Origin: Eledone cirrhosa
Taxonomy: Eukaryota
Assembly (NCBI GenBank): GCA_964016885.1
Contig: OZ024743.1
Span: forward strand, 359,042,001-359,106,000
Length of the DNA stretch: 64,000 nt
Reading direction: 5' to 3'
In this document: positions 43,169 to 55,900 of the stretch, piece by piece
How the letters are laid out: every line of letters starts with the position of its first letter
Numbering within the stretch: the stretch's first letter is position 1
The notes under the pieces: model-generated
Told to the model about the DNA's origin: nothing
The model's database searches: none
Seen by the model: only the letters and a program-made list of their open reading frames with translations
Translations under genes and position numbers: made by a program

Positions 43169-43382
43169 AAATTATGTAAACTATATATATATATATGTGT
43201 TTGTGTCTATATTGTATCTGTATTATTTTTGACCGCCGGTCAGTCAATGGCAACATTGAGGACCGAGTAAGTTAGATCGCAGATATAATAAAAGACAGCG
43301 AGAAGCGAAAACCAACCAAACAGTGAGTGTGTTCTGTTATTAATTCTGGCAATATTACGCAAATATGACCCTCCCCAAGTAT

Positions 43383-43427
<45 letters not shown>

Positions 43428-43432
<5 letters not shown>

Positions 43433-43987
43433 GTATGGATTTACCGAGCATTTATTATAATGCTCGGTTTGTTTGTAAACAAATATCCCGAATTAAGCCG
43501 CACAGTGTTTAGCAACCATTGTTGCCCTTTTGTTCGTTTCATTTTTTCCATTTATCGTTTTCGGTGCGCCCGGTCGATTAACTCACTTGATATGCAAATT
43601 AGGCTACTCAGACGTTAATATGCATAAGGAAAGTATATACTTTCAGACGTTCAATCATCTGGCAGGAAGGTATACGGTGCTGACGATAGCTAATAAGCTT
43701 GAAACTAGTACATCGTTCCTTTGTCAGTGTTGAACAAAAGGGCAAGGATGGTTGCTAAACACTGTACGGCTTAATTCGGGATGTTGTTTACAAACAAACC
43801 GAGCATTATAATAAATGATCGGTAAACCCATACGTACATATATATATATATGTGTGCATGTATGTATATATATACATACTACTGTACGTCTGTATACGTA
43901 TATGTATGTACGTATACATACTTATATTTAAGTAACAGCCGTACTAAGAGTGAGAAATGAAATGAAATTTCGTTTCATTTTTTCCAT
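43428..43987 (+). mobile_element. Candidate retrozyme array 1, right part (continuation to 43535, then one inverted full unit)
   Basis: 43429-43535 is inverted relative to 43731-43837; cgtttcattttttcca at 43535 and 43971 gives a ~436 bp period. Confidence 0.78.
43675..43715 (+). ncRNA. Intact minimal type I hammerhead ribozyme
   Basis: CGGUG-CUGACGA-U-AGCU-aaua-AGCU-U-GAA-ACUAGU-A-CAUCG; stem I CGGUG/CAUCG, palindromic stem III, GUA triplet. Confidence 0.85.
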
Positions 43988-44142
43988 ATATATATATATA
44001 TATAGTATATTAGGGAGAGGATCAGGGGTGTATAAAACTCCACTTATCCAACAGGCAGTATAAGGTTAGCTCGATGTCTGAGGACAGAGCCGTGATATAA
44101 TCAACAACAAAGAACGCCTATAGCATATGCATATCTTTACTT

Positions 44143-44187
44143 GCTAACATTGTTTCATCCGCACTATAAGTGGGACTCATCAGAGCA
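44143..44187 (-). ncRNA. Type I hammerhead (inverted copy)
   Basis: Mirror of 46597-46642. Confidence 0.75.
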
Positions 44188-46596
44188 TAAAGGTTGATTA
44201 CATATCACACAAGCAATAAAAATCCAAGACATTGAAGAAATAAAGAATAAAAAATAATAAAAGATAAAAAATATTGAGGAAGTAAAAATAAAAATAAACA
44301 TTGAAAAATAAACATTGAAAAATAAACATTGAAAAATAATTGAAAAATAAGGGGTGCTATCAGTCACAGTTGGGCGGGGTGCTGTCAACATATAGTTACA
44401 TACAAGCATACACATGGATAAGAGAACAGACAAGAATAGATAAGATAGATAGGAGTAGGTAAGAGTAGATAAAAAATAGGTGAAAAATAGGTAAAAAATA
44501 GACATATAATATATATAAGAAAATATAAAAAACATACATATAAAATATACAGATAATAGTGATACAGGGTAAGGAATGAAATAAAATAAAATAAAATAAA
44601 ATTAAAATTAAAATTATATAAAATAAAATATAATATAATATAATAATAAAATAAGATAAAATAAAATAAAATAAAATAAAATAAAATAAAATAAACTAAA
44701 ATAAAATAATATAATATAAGATATAATTAAATAAAATTAAATAAATAAAATTAAATAAAATGAAATGAAATAAAATAAAAATAAAGTAAATTGAGATAAG
44801 ATATATATTTTTTTAGAATATATTTCTTGAATATATCAGGGGCCCACGAAGGCCCTAAGTGTCACAGTTATCAGTATCACTTGACCATTGCAATGCAATG
44901 GAGACGTCCCAGGTTGGGCAGTCTCTAAAGTTCACTCGAAAGTCATGGGTGTGCATTCACACAGTTGAGCGGTGGGGTAATCACAAACCGGTTCACACCC
45001 GGGCAGGAGTCCAATGGTCAACAGAGGTACATCGAAGGAAGGTAGGAGAATTCACGTGCAGCAGCAAGAGGCAGACAAGTGGGCCGAAAGCAAGCAGGTG
45101 CAGGCGGGCTAGCCGAAAGCAAGCAAATACAGTTGGGTCAGGCGGGTTAATATGCATACTCAACAGCGCATACAAAAGATATATAAAAAATAGCTTCAAT
45201 TGAATCGGGCAATGGCACGTGCGGACACGATTATCTTCGTAGGAATTCAATTTGATTTATTTTACTGCATCTCCTCGTATGTATTTTTTTTGAATGTATT
45301 ATCCGTGGTGGTGGGTCTTGCCTGATGTGGTATTTCTGTGTTTAATATCAGCTTTGACCCGGGTGTCCTACGCTGTGTGTGTGTGCGTGTGTGTCTGTGT
45401 ATACATTTATATGTGTATGGGTGTAGGTGGTTGTATATGTCTGTATATAAAAATATATATATATGTGTACCGTCTCTGCATATGCATGTGGTGTGTATAT
45501 GTGCATATACGTGCAGAACATATTGGTGTGTATAATCTTGAGATGTCCCAATGCGGTGACTTCATGATATTGGCTCTTGAAGCTATTTTTATATATCTTT
45601 TGTATGCGCTGTTGAGTATGCATATTAACCCGCCTGACCCAACTGTATTTGCTTGCTTTCGGCTAGCCCGCCTGCACCTGCTTGCTTTCGGCCCACTTGT
45701 CTGCCTCTTGCTGCTGCACGTGAATTCTCCTACCTTCCTTCGATGTACCTCTGTTGACCATTGGACTCCTGCCCGGGTGTGAACCGGTTTGTGATTACCC
45801 CACCGCTCAACTGTGTGAATGCACACCCGTGACTTTCGAGTGAACTTTTGAGACTGCCCAACCTGGGACGTCTCCATTGCATTGCAATGGTCAAGTGATA
45901 CTGATAACTGTGACACTTAGGGCCTTCGTGGGCCCCTGATATATTCAAGAAATATATTCTAAAAAAATATATATCTTATCTCAATTTACTTTATTTTATT
46001 TTATTTTATTTCATTTCATTTTATTTAATTTTATTTATTTAATTTTATTTAATTATATCTTATATTATATTATTTTATTTTAGTTTATTTTATTTTATTT
46101 TATTTTATTTTATTTTATTTTATTTTATCTTATTTTATTATTATATTATATTATATTTTATTTTATATAATTTTAATTTTAATTTAATTTTATTTTATTT
46201 TATTTCATTCCTTACCCTGTATCACTATTATCTGTATATTTTATATGTATGTTTTTTATATTTTCTTATATATATTATATGTCTATTTTTTACCTATTTT
46301 TCACCTATTTTTTATCTACTCTTACCTACTCCTATCTATCTTATCTATTCTTGTCTGTTCTCTTATCCATGTGTATGCTTGTATGTAACTATATGTTGAC
46401 AGCACCCCGCCCAACTGTAACTGATAGCACCCCTTATTTTTCAATTATTTTTCAATGTTTATTTTTCAATGTTTATTTTTCAATGTTTATTTTTATTTTT
46501 ACTTCCTCAATATTTTTTATCTTTTATTATTTTTTATTCTTTATTTCTTCAATGTCTTGGATTTTTATTGCTTGTGTGATATGTAATCAACCTTTA

Positions 46597-46642
46597 TGCT
46601 CTGATGAGTCCCACTTATAGTGCGGATGAAACAATGTTAGCA
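46597..46642 (+). ncRNA. Type I hammerhead ribozyme
   Basis: UGCU-CUGAUGA-GUCC-CACU-uau-AGUG-c-GGAU-GAAACAAUGUU-AGCA. Confidence 0.77.
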
Positions 46643-46684
46643 AGTAAAGATATGCATATGCTATAGGCGTTCTTTGTTGTTGAT

Positions 46685-46720
<36 letters not shown>

Positions 46721-46777
46721 CACACACACATCCACACACACACACACACACATCCACACACACAGACACCCCCCCCC

Positions 46778-46820
<43 letters not shown>

Positions 46821-47639
46821 TTATATATATCACATGAGTACCGTGGTAGAGTTTAAATATTCTTAATTATAGCTAAGTGGTGAGTTTGTTACTCTGGAGT
46901 TTCAGCTGTGCATTCACTTGATCATCAAATAGGACATGTCTGATGATCATGAGATTCTTTTGGGGCATTTCCCGCAAAATTTGCTAACTGGACCGTTAAA
47001 GGCTAGAAATTTAGCTAGCTTCCTTCCTAATTTGCTGACCTGCTGGCCAGTTGGCGTGTTGATTCATCTGTTTGCTAGATAGTTTATGGGTTGGATGGCT
47101 GGCTGTTTGCTTGACTGGCTAGATAGGTGACTGACTGCTCCGTTGGATAACTGACTAACTAGTTGGAAGAATGGTAGGCTGCTTAACTGAATGGTTGGCT
47201 GCATAAAGCATAAAAATTGGCTTCTACGTCGGTAAATATGTAGGTTTATTCTACGTCAAATCTGTTTCTATGGTAGTAGTAAATAATTGTTGATGTTCTC
47301 TCTCTTTCACTCTCACTCTCCGTCTCTCTCGCTCTCCCCATCTCGCATTATTATAAGAAAATGGGGGCCTACACGCGACCGCCCCGCGGCCCCGGCGGAC
47401 AGAATATAGTAGGCGTTTCTTTGATGATGGTGAGAGAGACGCTTTGAAAGAGCCATTCAAGCTCGCGAGGTTCACACCAGCAGGTAGCCACCTCCGTGCC
47501 GATGGTGGTGAGTAGGGGAGCGGTCCTAGGGCCAAGGGCACCAGAAGTCTTCAGTTGTTGTTTTCACTACAGCTTGATGTTAGAATGGCTTACTAACTGA
47601 TACTATTGTTGTTGCTGTTAGAGATGATGTTGTGAGTCA

Positions 47640-47673
47640 GTAGTAGTAGTAGTAGCAGCAGCAGCAAGACTAT

Positions 47674-47771
<98 letters not shown>
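47640..47771. repeat. (TAG)n/(TAC)n trinucleotide microsatellite
   Basis: Direct reading. Confidence 0.95.
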
Positions 47772-48059
47772 GTGACACCACCATCTACTGGTAGTAGTAT
47801 TTCATGTTGTTACTCGCTTTGTCACTGTCAGCTCGTTGAGTATTTTTTGTTTAGAGAAAGAAATGTCCGTCGTTACGGGCAAAAAAGAAAAAGGCAGCCA
47901 ACTTTTGGCAACCTTGGGCGACCTTCTAGGAAATCAATAGAAAAAGGCTTATGAAATTTTGAAAGGTAAAAAGAGCTTAAAATATCGAAATATTGGTATC
48001 TACGTTGGAGCGAAGTGAAACAGTGTGTTCAATTCAACAGTCAATAACAATAATTATCT

Positions 48060-48900
48060 CTTTATTGACCACTAGGAAAGAAACATATAGGACAATACAA
48101 AAACAAGGACATTGGGGATTTACAAATAATTTAATAAAAAGAAAACGTGTAAATAAATATAACAGGTAACAATTAACAACAAAATACAAACAACAGAATT
48201 CCCAATAGAGGAGGTACCACCTAATAGTGAATTAGGAACACCACAGATCCGAAGATCGCCAAGAGCACCATGAGAAGGTGCTCATCTTAGCCAGAAATCT
48301 CCAGCCTACTGGCTCAGTGTAGGCACTCGGATCATCTTCGCTACATTCACGCCCCTTTTAATAAATGTACTGGGAGCAGCATTTCCCTTTTTATCCTCAA
48401 CTTCCTTTCCATGTGGAATTTGAAAAAGTCGATGAGAGCTTGGTCAAAGAGGAAAGTGTCTGTCATCAGTCCTTTTAGTCACATCCACCACAATCTCTTT
48501 CGCCACAGCTATCAGACAGGGAAATTCCTGCCCTTCCCGGACATAAAAATGCGGCGATGCGATCTTCACGATGGATTGACCAAGAGCCGGATCAACTGTT
48601 CGACAAAATTCCACAAGTCAGCAATACTCGGACACTGGACGAATGCACGCAGAAAGGTTTTGCTGCTCTGCGCGCATCTCGAACAAGTCCGCCTGACCGC
48701 ACTTCCGACTTTCTCTGGTTAATTTTGACACTTGTCATCGCTTCGTATTCTCTGGGAGCGGGGCTACTCATCTTAATGTGTTTAGTGTTCGACACCACTA
48801 CGGTGATGACGTCGGCATACACTGACACGGATCTTCCACATCCTAGTTTTCGCTGGACGCTGTTCAGCGTCTCCAATTTGTGTAGTAGTAAAACGTTCAG
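48060..48900 (-). pseudogene. Decayed L1/Tx1-type LINE 3' fragment
   Basis: VYADVITVVVS and AFVQCPSIADLWNFVEQL-like segments paralleling 53554-53901; internally deleted. Confidence 0.65.
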
Positions 48901-49405
48901 AAGACCAACATCCAGACAAGACTTGATAAAAGTTATATATATATGCATATACAACCGTAGAATATATGTTTATTATTTGGACAGATATGATTTGAATGTC
49001 GTGAATAATGTTAGTCTAATAGACTGTTTGTGTTAAAAGCACCAAATCCTAAGCTTAATCTTGATGAGCAGCCATATTTGATTCAGAATGGTAGCAAATC
49101 AATCAGCGATCAATCATCACAAGGAAAGCTCATAGAATTGATAGGAATAAAATAGAAGCCTTGAGATAATTATTTCTGAAAACTTGTAAGCGAATTTTTT
49201 ATGTACATACACTAGACGCAAAATAATTTTAAGGTCACTTGTATTACGATCATGATAATAGCCCCGCCACATCGAGCCCACGGTAAACCACCCCCTACAC
49301 TTTCACCACCCCTACCCCTGCCTCGATCGACTTCTATGGCAGCACAGACTTATGCATATGTCCATACATAGATCCTGTTATTTAAGATTGTACATGCACT
49401 GATAC

Positions 49406-49474
<69 letters not shown>

Positions 49475-50321
49475 TGTGTGTGTGTGTGTGCGCGCGTATA
49501 TATATACATATATATATGTGGGTGTGTGTGTGTGTTTGTATAATCTGTGTGTGTGTGGGTGTGTGTGATTATGGGATGCACCTGGGCCCGTGTTTGTGCG
49601 TGTGGGCTTGCAACGATGTGGGTTGACATACACGCATATGTACTCTATGCCGAATTAAAAACTGTGGTCCTCTGCATTTCCGGATTTTGACTATAACACA
49701 CGCACTTTATTGTTCTTTGATATTTGATATTGGCTATAACAAACACGCATTTTATTCTATTTTATTTATTTATTTATTTTTTTTTATTTCTTCATTTTAT
49801 TGTATCTTATCTTATTATTTTATTATTTTTTTATTTTATTTTATTTTTTTTTTTTTATTTTATTTTATTTATTTATTTATTTATTTATTTTTTAAATATT
49901 TTATTTCTTCATTTTACTTTATCTTATTTCATTATCTGTTTGGCACCCCCACCATGTGAAAGGGTGGTGGGATTGATCCCAACCCACACACACTCATTCT
50001 TCTAAAGACAGCAGCAGTAGAACTAAGGCTGACCTGCCAGCTAACCCCCTAACACCAATAAACACAAGGGTCAGCTGTACTTAACAAAAACAACCACAAC
50101 AGATTGTCTTGCCTCAGAGAAAAAAATTTCTATAGACTTTTGACTGAGGAATGTTCTCACAACTGACCAATGGAAGGAGAGAGTGTCCTATGATGCCGAA
50201 ATTCATATGATTCCAGTTCCTCAGAGAAATAACAACCCAACCAGGAGCTGGAGATATCGGAGTATTGACTGAGTGAAACACTTTAACAACATGTGTACCT
50301 GTCTCTACCACACCAATTCGG

Positions 50322-50376
50322 ACTGCCTGAAGAGGTCACAGCCAATGGTGGCTGTCACCGAAATATATATAGCAGT
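50322..50376 (+). ncRNA. Intact type I hammerhead ribozyme followed by AATAAA
   Basis: ACUGC-CUGAAGA-GGU-c-ACAGCCA-augg-UGGCUGU-c-ACC-GAA-AUAUAUAU-A-GCAGU; aataaa at 50385. Confidence 0.85.
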
Positions 50377-50428
50377 ACATCTTTAATAAACGAAGCCAAA
50401 TTTTAAATATTTGACTTAATTACTTTAT

Positions 50429-50502
<74 letters not shown>

Positions 50503-51049
50503 ATTCGTTGGCTTAGCTGCGGCTCGAGCTTCGACTAAATATGAGTTAATAACTCTATATTTTATTTGTATTTCGGCTCCCTATCTGGTGAGTTTATAAA
50601 AATTAGTGTAATTGGGTTATTATTTATAGCATAACCCCTCGCACCACGTATAACTTTCAACGCACGAGGGATCTACTTCCATGAGTTTTTTGTTGGATGT
50701 GTTCTGTATCATTTAATCTAATCTCTCGCTGACGAAATGCCTAAGGATTATTTGTTACAAACACAATTTTTTCAGGTTAAAGCTTTAGTCTGTCCGAGAG
50801 ATGAAATCGTTATTGATGTGGTATGTATAGGAAATCTTGTACCATACTGTATGTTTCAGTTTAAATATATAGAACATTTGCGGTGAAATCTACCCTCGTA
50901 ATTTTAGACGCAGAATTTACTGTGTTTATTTCTACACATATTAATAAATATATATATATATATATATATATACCCACTCTACTACCCCAAGTATTGAGTA
51001 CTCTGGTGCGTCATGGTCCACCTGGTTCCTTACCACACTTCCTTCGTTT

Positions 51050-51080
<31 letters not shown>

Positions 51081-51227
51081 AATAGGATTTTGCTTCAAAC
51101 ATAGCTTTATACAATATGTATAAATATTTCGTATCTCCAAAGAAATACGGTTTTAGCAAGCCGTAGCTATGCAGACACCGGGGGGCTAACGCCCTCTGGT
51201 GATGTCCAGCAGAAGCAAGGGGGACAC

Positions 51228-51269
51228 CCGTCTATGCATTTCAGGCTTAATTGTCCTTCGTCAGGACGG
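51228..51269 (-). ncRNA. Intact minimal type I hammerhead ribozyme
   Basis: Minus strand CCGUC-CUGACGA-AGG-acaauuaag-CCU-GAA-AUGCAU-A-GACGG, inside a (TA)n-flanked ~850 bp insert (51075-51920). Confidence 0.85.
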
Positions 51270-51944
51270 TCTCTCCCACCGCTTGCGACTGCCGGACTAG
51301 AAGACAGGCGGGAATATATACTTTTCTCGTCTGTGTAAATGAGGTGATTAATCTCATTTGCATATGAAGCTGCATACGTTGGCGCAACTTATAATAAAAA
51401 TGAAATAGGATTTCATTTTTATTATAAGTTGCACACATAGGCACATGCGCACAGACTCATATAATTACAGACACTCACAAATGTGCGCCTGTGTGTGTGT
51501 ATATACATGTCCCTGCGGGCACTCTTGCACATATATCAGTATATACGCATATAAACACACCCCGAGTAGGCCGGCTCAGGGTGTTAACCTGAGATACTCC
51601 ACACACAAACCACATATAAACAAATTACATATGAAAAGAAAATGTACAAAACCACTTGAAAAGTACACAAAACATACATATAATGATGTACATCAGGGAA
51701 TACACAAAGAAAATTTACGTGAAGAAATACGTAAATAAAAAAAATGTATATAAGGAATACGTAAAAAAATGCACGCAACATCTTACGTAGCAGCATATAC
51801 CCTGATGTACACGTTGAGTGTGTTGGCTTAGGGTGTTAACGTGAAATAATCCACATAAAAAACCTCCATAAAAACAAAATTTAATATGGAAAGCTCAAAG
51901 AAACAATGCAAAGGATATACTATATATATATATATATATATATA

Positions 51945-52051
<107 letters not shown>

Positions 52052-52099
52052 TATGTATGTATACGTACATACATATATGTATACAGACGTACAGTAGCA

Positions 52100-52155
<56 letters not shown>

Positions 52156-52306
52156 CAGGTACACATACATATATGCACGCATCAGTTTAGCGGACGCTTA
52201 TTATAACGCCGCTTTGTTCGTTTGTCAACAAACTGAACAGCCTGAATTTATGCCATACGGTGTTAAGGCAACCACGTCACCTTTTTGTTCAACACTGACA
52301 CAGGAA

Positions 52307-52347
52307 CGATGTACTAGTTTCAAGCTTGTTAGCTATCATCAGCACCG
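52307..52347 (-). ncRNA. Intact minimal type I hammerhead
   Basis: Minus strand CGGUG-CUGAUGA-UAGCUaacaAGCUU-GAAACUAGUA-CAUCG. Confidence 0.85.
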
Positions 52348-52789
52348 TTTACCCATCTGCCAGATAGTTGAAAGTTCGAAAGTATATACTTTACTTATGA
52401 AAATTAACGGCTGAGCAGCCTAATTTGCATAATGAGTGAGTTAAATCGGTCAGGCATACCGAAAACGATAAGTTGAAAAAAATGAAAACGAAATTTCATT
52501 TCTCACTCTTAGTATGGCACTTACTTAAATGTAAGTATGTATGTATACGTACATACATATATGTATACAGACGTACAGTAGCATGCATATATATATATAT
52601 ACATACAGGTAGACTTACATATATGCACGCATCAGTTTAGCGGACGCTTATTATAACGCCGCTTTGTTCGTTTGTCAACAAACTGAACAGCCTGAATTTA
52701 TGCCATACGGTGTTAAGGCAACCACGCCGTTAATTTTCATAAGGAAAGTATATATTTTCGAACGTTCAACTATCTGGCAGATGGGTAAA

Positions 52790-52830
52790 CGGTGCTGATG
52801 ATAGCTAACAAGCTTGAAACTAGTACATCG
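52790..52830 (+). ncRNA. Intact minimal type I hammerhead
   Basis: cggtgctgatgatagctaacaagcttgaaactagtacatcg. Confidence 0.85.
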
Positions 52831-52981
52831 TTCCTGTGTCAGTGTTGAACAAAAAGGTGACGTGGTTGCCTTAACACCGTATGGCATAAATTCAGGGCGT
52901 TCAGTTTGTTGACAAACGAACAAAGCGGCGTTATAATAAGCGTCCGCTAAACTGATGCGTGCATATATGTATGTGTACCTG

Positions 52982-53019
<38 letters not shown>

Positions 53020-53130
53020 TGCTACTGTACGTCTGTATACATATATGTATGTACGTATACATACATACTTACATTTAAGTAAGTGCCATACTAAGAGTGA
53101 GAAATGAAATTTCGTTTTCATTTTTTTCAA

Positions 53131-53199
<69 letters not shown>

Positions 53200-53229
53200 T
53201 ATAGTATATATATATATATATATATATAA

Positions 53230-55475
53230 CTTTCTTTTTATTTGCCACCAGGGCATCAAAGAGTGGGACAAGTACAATGGGGGGAGTTTACATAAAAAGG
53301 CGTCCTCAATAAGGAGGAGGCAATAACAAGATATAAAAAATAAAATATAAGATATAACAAAAATAAATTTAATAACAAAATCCTCAATAGGGAGGAGGCG
53401 CCTTGGGGGGTCGCACACACCCCCGAAAATCGTGTGCAACAATTCTCCTCAGGAGCACAGAGAGGGGGTGCTCCCTTGATCTTTCATCTTCCTCACCTAT
53501 AGACTGATGTAGAGTGAAGGCCCATTCACACGGGCGATTCTCGCTCCTTTCACTCATCTTTCATAAAAACGGCTGGGGTGCAGCACCTCTCTCTCCATCC
53601 TGATCCTTCTTCCGAAATGATATCGGAAGAAACGGACCAGTTGTTGGCCAGAGAGAAAGGTGTCTGACCACAGTCCTTTCAGACGCGTCCACCATACAAC
53701 CTCTTTCGCCATGGCTATTACGCACAGAAACACTGCCTCTCTTTCGTTTTTGAAGAGGAGAGGCGGCTTGATCGTTACAATAGACTCGGTGGTCAACCGG
53801 ATCGGTCCCACCCTTGACAGCAGTTGTTCGACATAGCCCCACAGATCGGCAATGCCCGAGCAGTGTACCAATGCGTGTGCAACGGTTTCCTCGTCGCACA
53901 CGCATCTGGGACAGATCTTTTTCGAGGGGTCCCTACCCGGGCGCCCGTGTCTGTAGAGCCTTTCTCAAACGGGAAGAGCCCCTCAGTAGCACTGCCAGGC
54001 CAGAGGGACCTCTGGAAGTTATCCATGGGTGCCGGGCTGAATGTCCTACCGAACAAGTTGGCCAGTTCGTTTTCCTCCATGCCTAGGGCTTCTCCGAGGG
54101 CGTCGTCGCACCTGATAACCACCAGCCCACTATAGAATGACGAGGTGGATTCTCCACTGACAGCCGGGTCCGCCTGCCAGAGAGCCGTGAGGGCCTGGGC
54201 AGACTCGGTGTGCCAGGCGCCCAGTTTTCTCGGTCTTTGCTTGACCCAAGATTGCAGCTCGGTGAGCGAGACGAGTCTGGGAAAGGCTCGCCTCACAAAC
54301 GGGGCCCACACCGGTTGACCGGTGAGGAATACGTGGAGGTGCCGTAGCCTTAATGCGTGTTTACGTATCTTCAGCCACGGCATCCCCAGCCCTCCTTTCG
54401 AAGGTTGTTGACAGCAGATGGATCTCCTCACCATAGGAGCCCGCTTCTTCCAAAGGAATTGGAAGAGTGCGCGCTCCATTTTGGCGAGCGTTTCCCTTGA
54501 GCAAGGCACGACGGTCATGCGGTAGTAGATGACGGACGCTATATAAGTGTTCGCCACCTCCGCCCGACCTTTCAGAGACAGTTTGCACTCACCCCAGTTC
54601 TTCTCCACCTGGAGGTCTGGTCCGAACCAGACCCCGAGCAACTTCACCGGGCCCTCCGTCCAGCGCCCGACGACGCCATCGGAGGGCATCGATCTGCCCC
54701 TCCACGTGCCGAGTTGCAGACCGATTGACTTGTCCCGGTTCAGCTTAGCCCCTGTAAACATTTCGTACTCCTCCAGTAAGGTGCCCATCGCCCCGATTTC
54801 CGAGGCCGTCGACACCATTACTGTTACGTCATCGGCGTAGGCCGACACCGCTTTCCGCAATCCCGGTTCCAACGGGATGCCCTGCAACAACTCCAACTTC
54901 CGCATCAGTGACATACAGAAGGGAGGAGAGAGGGCACCATTGTCGGATGGACTGCGCGATTTCGAACGGCTCCGAGAGGTAGCCGTTCACCTTGACCCTA
55001 GAGCAGATGTGGCTACTGTGCGTGGCAGGATCCAGCCCCTGAAAACGGGTCCGAAGCCTGCCGCCGCTAGCACCGCATCCAGGTAACCATGGTCGATCCT
55101 ATCGAACGCCTTAGATTGATCCAAGTTGATCAGGGCACCACCAAAGCCGGGTTCATTCCCAACCCTCTCTATGAAGTATCGCATAAGGTGGAGGTTGTCG
55201 TGGATGGGCCTGGACGGGATAGCACATGTCTGCGCATCTCCCACCAGGTTTCCCACGACAAGCGCCAACCTCTTTGCTAGCACCTTGGCCAAAATCTTTA
55301 ACTCTGCATTTAGCAGAGTTATGGGCCTGAAGTTACTTATTTCATCCCCCTTCTTCTCGTCTTCCTTCACTAGTGTGACTACACCCTTGGTCACAGTACA
55401 TGGAATTCTCCCGTTCTGTTGCCAGTTGCAGTAGACCGCCTCGAGGAGATCGGGGAACAAGTCCGGCATAGCTAG
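53230..55475 (-). pseudogene. 5'-truncated, frameshifted L1/Tx1-clade LINE (RT + C-terminal cysteine motif)
   Basis: NFRPITLLNAELKILAK, LDQSKAFDR, AYADDV, KLLGVWFG, GGLGMP, EETVAHALVHC; short internal duplication near 54880-55010. Confidence 0.87.
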
Positions 55476-55860
55476 ATATAGTTCATATATATAATTCCGA
55501 TGATTTGATCAGAGACTCACACTGTATTGAAGGCGGAGTGACGCAACTTCGAGTGATTAGCGGCCTTTAGACTCACCTGATCAATGAAACAATTGTTGAT
55601 ACTGTAAATAAAACCCTTTTTGTACAGCCGACCATGTTATTCTTCACTCTTTCACTACTATTACTCCAAGAATAACCCGCATGAGAATTTTCGCAAACTC
55701 GCCACCCAACTAAAGAAACCCCTTGTTGAGTCAAACAACGCCGAACGTTAAAACTATCCATAATACAGAGTACTCACAACCTTTAACTGGATTACCTAAA
55801 ACGATAACTTGTTATCCCATATATATATATATATATATATATATGGGATAACAAGTTATC

Positions 55861-55900
<40 letters not shown>

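Larger units (their letters stand above)
41367..43390 (+). mobile_element. 5'-truncated Penelope-like element inserted into the retrozyme array
   Basis: ORF 41373-42824, A-rich 3' region, HHR at 43132, TA runs at both ends. Confidence 0.87.
44005..46687. mobile_element. 2.6 kb non-coding fold-back (arms 44097-45199 / 45577-46687) with HHR in each arm and one-sided tail 44005-44096
   Basis: Mirror ORFs 44164-44535/46249-46620; (TA)n flanks. Confidence 0.88.

Noticed and set aside
49060-49108. UUGAUGA-GCAGCCAU..AUGGUAGC-AAAUC hammerhead-like
   Set aside because: Both conserved boxes are damaged.
50720-50812. CUGACGA ... GAAAUCGUU
   Set aside because: Pairing (atctctcg/cgagagat) encloses the CUGACGA rather than forming hammerhead topology.
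55530-55590. Minus-strand UUGAUCA-GGUGA..UCACUC-GAAG..GUC
   Set aside because: Three core mismatches; possible relic only.
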